Origin: Guillardia theta CCMP2712
Lineage: Eukaryota > Protista > Cryptophyta
Assembly: GCF_000315625.1 (NCBI RefSeq)
Contig: NW_005434590.1
Location: 108,311 to 172,310, forward strand
Length of the DNA stretch: 64,000 nt
Direction: 5' to 3'
Positions within the stretch are counted from its first letter, which is position 1, and each line of letters begins with the position of its first letter. The notes under the pieces are model-generated. The model ran no database searches and was not told the DNA's origin. It saw nothing but the letters and a program-made list of their open reading frames with translations. A program made the translations under genes and the position numbers. Below are positions 55,573-64,000 of this stretch, piece after piece.

Positions 55573-57750
55573 CTATAACTCTCGTTTGTATCTTGTCGCG
55601 ATGGCACTCAGCTTCTTGTTCGCCCTAGCAGTTGGCCTGTATCATTCTTGTGTTACATTAGACCCTCCAAGTAATTGGAACATCAACCGCCCCAGTACAA
55701 GGTCCGATATTACATTCTTGGCATGCTGGATGCTGTCTACGGATCCTGCAGCTGATCATCAGGCCATGATGTCCCACCAGCACTGCGACTGACCCATCAC
55801 GTGCACTTTCTTGTCCGCTACAACCACTCGAGTGCGAGTTGACTGTGAGCAGGGATGAGACTGAGGGAGGAGGGGAAGGAGGGAGGGAGGGACCTTCTCA
55901 ATGAGTTCTTTCGTCTTTCCTCCTGTTCCGGCGATCCTCCCGATGGCGCGAGAGAGGTGGTCACCCTGGCAAGAGCGGATGAGGAGGGTATAGCACGGAG
56001 AAGAGAGGAGGAGTATGCAAGGAGATGAAAGTGGAGGGGGGGGGAACGATGGAGGTGGAGGAAGGAAAGTAGATGAGGACGGGTAAAGGAAAGACCATGA
56101 AAGTTGAGCAAGGGAGGAATGAAGGATCGGGGGTACAAGAAAGGATAGCAAGGTGATAGTGAGGATGGACGGATTTTACCTTGAGCCTCTTGATATCAGT
56201 GATCTCGAACGATTCCATGTAGAGGCCATCCAGCCTGGCGAGGGTTCAGGGGAGATATTCCCACAGAACACTCTAAGACAAGACAAACAGCTTGCTTCCG
56301 CACCTCAACATGGCTGTGGCGTCTTGCAGTGAGAAACCTGTCATGAAGGCCTGTCCCGAGGCATCAGCACCTTGCCTCGTCCCATCAGGAGATAGTCAAG
56401 TTCACCTGTGTGTACTCGGCAGCTCGCGTGAGAGCGCTGGCGTCTGTTGTGAAGTCGCACGTGCGGATCTCCTGGACACCGTAGGTCAAGAAAGAAAGAA
56501 AGCCCTCCTCTTCCTCGTTTTTATCCTCTTCGCCGTCCCCTCCTTCTGTCAATCTGCTCTGCTGTTCTCCTGCTTCCTCCTTCTCATCATTTCACCCTCC
56601 TCTCCACCTATCGTTTTCCCCTCCTTCACTCCTTGTTTGCACGAGTCTTCCCATAACCCTTGCTCTTCTCATCCTCCTTCCCCTCTCACCACCACTCGAC
56701 GCTTGAGGTTCAGACGAATCTGGAGCTTCAGATGCTGAAAGGAATCAACACAGGAAGAAGGAGAGATTCAGAAAAGAACAGCGGGGGAGGAACAACAGGA
56801 AGAAAACCTGTACGATGGGGCGAGCGTAGTCTTCCCTGCGACGATACAACATCAGCTGGTCGCAACACGGGGATGAAGCTTTGAGATTCATACCACATGC
56901 GTTTCAGCAGGGGGAAGCGATAGGGAGGGACAGTGATGGCGCGGGTCTAGCCAGGCAGGTCAGCAATAACAAGGAAGAGAAGAGAGGGAAGGGAAAAGGA
57001 ATAGGAGGACAGGAGGAGCAAGATGGAAAGGGTGCGAGGAGGGAGCAGAAGGGAGCAGGAGGGAAAAAGGGGAGGCAGGAGGGAGCAGAAGGAAGAAGGA
57101 CAAAGAAGGAGGAAGAGAGAGGAAGAGGAAAGAGCAGGAGGGAGCAGGCAGGAGGCAGACGGAGGAAGAAGGAGGAAGCGAGAGGAGGACCGGGGGAGGG
57201 AGAGTAAAGATGTTACACCTGTCTAGGCATCTTACCACTCTCCTCGTCGTTGATGACAGCAGGCTGTTTCAGAGTCAAACTACAAGAAGACAAGGACAGA
57301 GAAGGAGAACAAGCTGTCCCCAGGGCAAGGACAGGGAAGGGAAGGACTTCAAACGAAACTGAGGATGAAGGACAGGAAGAGAGGAAGAGGGGTAGAGAGG
57401 GAGAGAGGGAGAGAGGGAGAGAGGGAGAGAGGGAGAGAGGGAGAGAGGAGGAGAGGAGGAGAGGAGGAGAGGAGGAGAGGGAGACAGGAAGAGGAAAGAA
57501 ACTGAAAGTTGGGCGACAGGAGACCGAGCATGTCAACGCTCTTGACCCTCCAACTCACCTTTGCTATACTAGCTCTCTCCGCCGCCCTGCACCATGNNNN
57601 NNNNNNNNNNNNNNNNNNNNNNNNNNNNNNNNNNNNNNNNNNNNNNNNNNNNNNNNNNNNNNNNNNNNNNNNNNNNNNNNNNNNNNNNNNNNNNNNCTTT
57701 TCGCCCCATTCATGTAATCAGACCAGCTTCTTCTCCGCTTAGTGAAGGAT
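55573..57750 (-). CDS. PNO1: PNO1/Dim2 KH-domain 40S biogenesis factor (spliced; 5' end uncertain, crosses an N-gap)
   Basis: Exons TRAITVPPYRFPLLKRMW|EDYARPIVQ|HLKLQIRLNLKRR, EIRTC, GFSLQDATAMLR|LDGLYMESFEITDIKRLK|GDHLSRAIGRIAGTGGKTK, TRTRVVVADKKVHVMG and ..AIATRYKREL* are characteristic of PNO1. Confidence 0.92.
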
Positions 57751-58031
57751 GGAAGGACGGAGGTAGGGAGGGAGGGAAAGGATCAAGGGAGGAGCATGAG
57801 CAGTTGCAGGTGGAAAAGGTGGAGCTTGAGGAGGTGGATAGTGGAGTGGAGTAGAGTGGAGGAAGAGGTACCCAGCAGAGCAGAGGAGCTCTCTGCATGA
57901 TGTCGAGCTTGCTAGACGTTCACTTCTGCCCCCCTGCTGTAATGGACCGAGTCCATGCAAGAATCAAACACCTTGTAGATGAAAATATCTGACAAGAATA
58001 AGTCCTGCTCCTGCTCCTGCTCCTTCTCCTA

Positions 58032-58075
<44 letters not shown>

Positions 58076-58838
58076 ACTCCTGATCCTGTCGAGTCTAACT
58101 ACCTGTGCTCCTCTTACTCCAAACCTTCCCAGCGCTCCCGGCTCTCGGAGGCCTGTCCCACTTGCTCCTCCTGCTCCTCCCCTCCTCCCCCNNNNNNNNN
58201 NNNNNNNNNNNNNNNNNNNNNNNNNNNNNNNNNNNNNNNNNNNNNNNNNNNNNNNNNNNNNNNNNNNNNNNNNNNNNNNNNNNNNNNNNNNAGGAGAGGG
58301 ATGAGAGGAGAGGGAGAGGAGCGGAGAGGGAGGAGAGGAGAGGGAGGAGAGGGGAGGGAGGAGAGGAGAGGAGAGGAGAGGAGAGGAGAGAGAGGGAGGA
58401 GAGGAGAGGGAGGAAGAAGGGAAGAGGTAGGAGGTAGGAGGGAGGGGAGGATGTGCGTGGTTGAAAATGAGGTAAACTCTTGCTTCAAAACTTGTGGGAA
58501 AGGAAGGAAATTGTAGGAAACATCAGCGATTATGTTTACTGAGCTCTGAAATAAACCAAGACAGCGCAGTTGAGAGAATGTGAAAACAAGAAATGTCAAG
58601 ATGTACTCAAATTATGGAAATAATGTGACACTGTAGTGCCGAGTTGACTGTAGCAACATACGCTGATACCAACTAATGTCCTCGTCTTGGGATTGTCAAC
58701 ACAAGGTAGCGCCTCTCAAACAATCATTCACATGCACATCCAACCAGACATGCTGGCTGCGTCATGAAGAGAATCCTGCAGGCAGAGAGAACCAGGAACG
58801 AGCATGTCTGTATCACAAGAAAAGTATTGTATCATACG

Positions 58839-59238
58839 CTATCCATCTCGAATCAAGATAACTGCGATGAAAGAGGCTGTTGTAGTCATGCCGAGCACCT
58901 GTAATGGTCGAAAGTTCTTCAGTCGGAGGAGTTCTTCCAACCTTCCTCAGCAAACAGGTGCAGCTCACCATGATGAAGACAGGGATGGAGAGTGCGTAGA
59001 ACTTGGAAGGAAAGGCAAGCTGCAGTCTGAACCATTCACAGTAAGATGTAAGAAAGACAGTGCAAGGGAGCGTACGGATGGTCGTTGTCGACGAAGGGAA
59101 GCACCTGTCGTTCGCAGGGTGAGCTTGTCGGACGACAACAATAAAGCAAGTTACCAGAACCCAAAAGGTCCAGTAGAAGAAGATAACGGTTGTGAAAATC
59201 AAGACGGCCCAACCAACTCCCTTGTTTGCACTTCCCAT
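58839..59238 (-). CDS. DPM2: Dolichol-phosphate mannose synthase regulatory subunit DPM2 (4 exons)
   Basis: Spliced MGSANKGVGWAVLIFTTVIFFYWTFWVL|VLPFVDNDHP|LQLAFPSKFYALSIPVFIM|VLGMTTTASFIAVILIRDG* matches the DPM2 pattern (F.YYT.WV..LPF.D..H....F.P..YA..IP). Confidence 0.88.
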
Positions 59239-60528
59239 CCTTTAATTTCTCTCATAGCATAACAACAAGAAGGCTCAGGCTGCCGACATCTTTTTGAACC
59301 TTTGGTGCCTATACAACGAATTTCATGAGATGTCATTCAATAGAGTCACAGGACAATATTCTTTATCCTTTCTCTGCCTGCACACTCTCGTATAAAATGA
59401 CTGTCTCTCTCCTCCCTCCTCACTTCTCCCTACCCCCTTCTCTCTTCTCCCTCTTGTCTATCTCCCCCTCCTAGCATTTATCCTTCTGTCTTCCCTGTTC
59501 TGCTCTTCCCACCTTTCAACCCTCAAAGAATGGTTGGTAATCAAAACTTCTTCAATGCCAATGTTCATCATTCTTTCTTTCTTCGTTTCGTCTGTCAACC
59601 CTTGTTCCTGCTCCCCGCCTCCCCCCCAACTTCAATTCCTCCCCCTTCCTGGGAGGAGAAGAGCTAATTATGAACGAAGGAGGGAGAATCGTGGTGAGCT
59701 TCAATTGCTCCCGCTTCCTGGGTGACAAGCTCACCACGAATCTCTCTCCTTCGTTCATCCTCACTTGTTCTCCTCCTCCCATCTCCATTCCTTTCCTTCT
59801 TCCCTCCTCCCTTCCTCCCCTCCTGCATTCCTCCATCTCACCCGGATATTAAGTTAAATATTCAGTTAAATGTTTGAGGCAGCGACGAGAATGCTGGATG
59901 CGCCCCTCGCTGTCCTTCTTTCTTGATCTTAAATATGAGTTTTAAAACAGTACCAGATATATCACATTCAGTACAAAGCAAAAACCTTCGAAAAAAATGT
60001 GACAATTATACAAAACTTCACTCATATCCATATAACCAATTATATTGTGGTACTGTTTGTTGCCATATTAAAATGCTATTAATTCAGTCGGATATAAAAT
60101 ATCTCTTCGGGCGTTCCCACCGGTGGGACCCCGTCATGGGAACCTGTTTTATAGTGAAATGACTTCAGTACCGGTACGTTTTACTATCTACTACCCCACA
60201 AATGACCAGGGTCCCCCATTGCATCCGGTTTCCCCCATTTTTCCACTGCCCCGTCCCCCACCACCCCCCTTCTACTCTCGTTCCTAAACCCCTCCTCCTT
60301 CCCCTCCTCGCGCACCCAGACAGATTTTTCCTCCTCTCTTCATACCTCGCTGTCATCGACACCGTCCAACCCTCTCTTCCTCCTCTCATACCTTGTTCAT
60401 CTACCTCTCAAACACTCCAAATCACTCCTTCCCTCCTCTTCCTGACCCCTCCCCCCCTTTCCTCTACCATACACCTCTCATCACAACCTAACTCCCATTC
60501 CTTCCACTCACATCAACCTCTACCCACA

Positions 60529-62598
60529 ATGTCGGCCAGTGACGTCAAGGCGCGGAGAGAAATGCAGCGGAAGTGCAAGGCTGACGAGCGGGCGCTGACA
60601 AAGCAGCTAGTCTACAAGCTCGATGCCCTCCTGCCCTACGGCCAGGGCTCCCTCCCTGCCGACCCCCAGCTGTCCAAGAGGAAAGGAGCCCTTCCTTCCC
60701 GCAGGAACCAGCTGCAGCTGCTGAGAGACGCCATCCTGCACGTGCAGAGCGCGGCGAAGCGACCGACAGGGGAGGAGCTGATGGAGGGGCTGCTATCGAC
60801 GTGGGAGGATAGGATGGTGGTGGTGGAGCTATCGACGTGGAGGATCCAGGGGATGAGCGAGAAGCTAAAGGAGGACTTCAAGGAATCCATGTTTGCTAGT
60901 ACGATGGTGAGATGAGTACATGCTGGGGTGTAGTGTGAGCGTGGGGCGTGGTGTTATGACTTGTTGTTGCATTGACGGGCTGGATATGATGTGATGAGGA
61001 AGGTTTTGTACTTGTTTGACGCTTGGAGCAGGTGGGGCAGGTGCTGCTGCACTATGTGGACTATGCCAGTGCAGACAGACTTCGCTGCTTCTCGCAAACA
61101 GCGGAGATGGGAGGCCTTGGGGCTCAGCATCAGGGCACGTGTCAGTCTCTGGCAGGAGTGGATGTGAAGATGAGGCTGTTCAGGAAGCACAACGTGGTGC
61201 ATGCGAGCTTCAAGTATGTGCCGACGACCGTCACGAAGGGGATCTGTGTCTTCCACGTGGTTGGGAGCACGGAGGATATCAGAGACCCTGATTGGAGCAG
61301 AGTAGACATGTCATGGAATGAAGGGGTGGTGCAGTTCAGCAAGGAGGAGTCGACGGCGACGCCGTGGTTCATAGAACGAGCAATGTCTTGCATCGCTCAC
61401 GCCAGGTTCACGACGCTTCTCAATGAGATATGTTTGTTCGGGTTGGATGAGTTCTTTGGTCTACGGTTGTTTGTCTATTGTAGCTCTTTGTGTAGTGTGG
61501 TTTGTTTTGTTTATTTTGTACCATGTGTCTTTCCTTCACTGCAATGTGAATGGTGCCAAGTCGGAAACCAAAATGATCTTTTCTCCTGATTTCTCATGCG
61601 AGCAGGAAACGATTTATTGGGTGGATACTCCCAACTCACGAAACCCAACAGTCCTCCAGCCAAGTCTGTGACTGGATGAAGACCAACGCCGAGAGTCGCT
61701 TCAGTAAGCCTGTCGCCTTGCTGCCTTGTCTTGAGCTGTTTGTGTGATTGGTCCTCGTACCTTCTACAGCTTCTCTGCAACGAGGCCTTCATGATCTTGT
61801 TATTACCCATCAAGATGCTCATTTCCTCTGCGATGGCAGCTCGGGAGACTTTCCGACGTTGTGTGTTCATATCAGGTTCTGTCTACCTCAGGTAAGAGCT
61901 TGTATTGGGCTTCGATCGTGACTATCAGCAATGCACTCGCGGTTGTTGTACACGGATGGTTGTTGTCGCCATTATGATATCCCTTGTCATCAGCATTGCT
62001 GTCAGCGTCTTCGTTAACATCATAATCTCCATCACACTCGTGATGGCATGATCATCATCATTACAATCATCATCATCATCATCATCATCATTACAATCGT
62101 CATCAACTCATCAGCATCTGCAGAAGCATCATCAACGCCCTTATCTGTCACTACCGCGTCCCCTGCACAACCAATACCACCATCTCCATCGTCATCCGCA
62201 TCCTTGGCTGACCTGGTCGGCAGTTCATGGGCGGTATCAGGACGCCATGGGTGAAGCTGCTACAGCGGAAGCTAGATGGGAGCGCGTTTGCCCCTTTCTC
62301 AGGTCATCTCACGTTGTCGGCTACGAGGCAATGCTGTGAAGCTGAGCTTGCTTGTTTCCTTGCAGACAACATACAAGAAGTACGGCTGTATCCAGTGTGG
62401 GAGGAAGGGACGACGGACTTGACCTTCGTTGCCTTCTACGTGTCCAAGGCGGAGGGGTGAGGAGGGAAAGTGTGGGAGGGAGAAGCTGAGGGGAGGGAAC
62501 GGCAGGACGTGCTTTCATACACGGATATGGACGTTGAGCCGAGCTGGATTCTTTCATCAAGGACATGTAAGAAAATGGTCGACGATGAAAATGATCTC

Positions 62599-62629
<31 letters not shown>

Positions 62630-63050
62630 GCGGAGAGGGAGAACATAATAGAGAAGTGGATGATAATGATCGAGATGGGAACGGGAAGATAGAGAAGGGG
62701 ATGATGATGGAGGTTGATATTTACTCACCCTTGTCAACTGATTGTTTATTTTGAAGGTGTTCCGGACTGCTCTTGAGGTCTCATGCTTTGATGCCTTCTC
62801 ATTCTACTCATCATCTCCCTCATCTTTACTTTTGCCTTTTCCCCTTTCTCCTCTCCGCTTCTTCCTCCTCTTTCCCCTCCGCTCCTCCTTCCTCACCCCT
62901 GATGTCACTTTCTCCTCCTCATCCTCGACCAGGAGCCCTACCGCTATCACGTCTTCCTCAGGAAGGTTGCAGACGCTGATCGCATGCTGATGCCGGAAGT
63001 GTTTGAATGATGTGCCGCAGGAGAATGGTGACTCTTCTCCTCCTCCCCCT
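60529..63050 (+). CDS. bHLH-PAS-like transcription factor (spliced; 3' end approximate)
   Basis: ARREMQRKCKADERALTKQLVYKLDALLP-loop-RRNQLQLLRDAILHVQ is a degenerate bHLH. It is followed by LMEGLLS..MVVVELSTWRIQGMS..|VGQVLLHYVD, which resembles PAS. Confidence 0.6.
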
Positions 63051-63930
63051 CCCCCCTCCCTGCTCCTGCTGCTGCTGCTCCTCCCCCTCCTCCCCCCTCC
63101 TCCCCCCTCCTCCCCCCTCCTCCCCCTCCTCCTATTGCTTTGGCAGCTGCTCGTCCCTTCTGTCATCCTCCTCTTCCTTTTTCAGCTCCTCCTCCCTCAT
63201 TCTCCTCCTCCTCCACCACCACCTGCTCGTTAGCCACCGTTTCCATCCTCGCTTTCATCTTCCTTTTACATACATTTCACTCCCCTCCCCTTTGGGTTTC
63301 TTGTAATTCTTCCTATTCCTGTTTTTCCCCCCTCCTCTTCCTTCCCTTGCACAATCAAACCTCTCCTGCCCTTCCTCTATCACACATTGTGTCAGGTTTG
63401 TCTGACATTTCAGATGCAGGCTACTTCATCGACCTTCGTCTCTCTCCTCCGCACGCAAATCTCCTTCCTTGCATCGTTACATGCTGACCATCCTCGTCCT
63501 ACTTGTCTCCGTCTCTTTCTTCCTTCTTTCCGCAACATTCCCTTCTCCTCTGAGCTCCCCTTCCTCTCCCTACTTCCTTCTCCTCCTCCTGTCTTCCTCT
63601 GTACACCCCTCGCTCTCTGACAATCTCGTCCTTGCTGTACATTAGAGCATCTCTCTTCACTTCGAAAACTCCTTCTCCTTTATACTTTTTCTCTCACTGT
63701 CATCAATAAATAATGTATCACTCTCGCCATCTAGAGAACAGGAGGAGTTAAATCAGAGCTGCTTGACAGGCAGATGGGGCAGAGGGTAGAGGATGTAAGG
63801 TATGACTTGACGGGGTTGCTGGTTGCTGTGTTCGTGCAGCATTGCTCTAGATCTTGACTTTATACTTGCCACTTGTCTCTCTTGCAGTTTGGCTCCAATC
63901 CTTCTCTCGTTGCTGCGTGAGAAACTATCA

Positions 63931-64000
63931 CAGGAGAGGAGAGGAGAGGAGAGGAGAGGAGAGGAGAGGAGAGGAGAGGAGAGGAGAGGAGAGGAGAGGG
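63931..64000. repeat. (GGAGA)n pentanucleotide microsatellite running off the window end
   Basis: Visible array. Confidence 0.9.

Overview
Eukaryotic nuclear DNA from a draft assembly with N-gaps. Short (~45-55 nt) introns, frequent GC-AG donors, low-complexity introns and the RWP-RK and bHLH-PAS gene types suggest a cryptophyte alga (Guillardia/Hanusia-like); this is an inference. Gene order: EF-hand protein 3' end (+), mitochondrial 2-oxoglutarate dehydrogenase E1 (-), SGT co-chaperone (+), RWP-RK factor (+), low-complexity hypothetical gene (+), adenylate kinase C-terminal part (+), a frameshifted orphan (-), a tandem-repeat coiled-coil protein with kinesin-light-chain-type TPRs (-), an unknown spliced gene (+), a giant secreted protein (-), a START/SRPBCC protein (+), PNO1 (-), DPM2 (-) and a bHLH-PAS-like factor (+). 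The standout is the ~7,075-aa giant protein, encoded mostly by one 20.2-kb exon. It is a chain of Ig-like repeats whose loops carry inserted modules: a three-finger/LU-like Cys domain inside FN3, a discoidin-like domain, and a ~1,170-aa block of a second repeat type that itself contains a fibronectin type II domain. All calls come from reading the sequence and recognising motifs; no searches were run.
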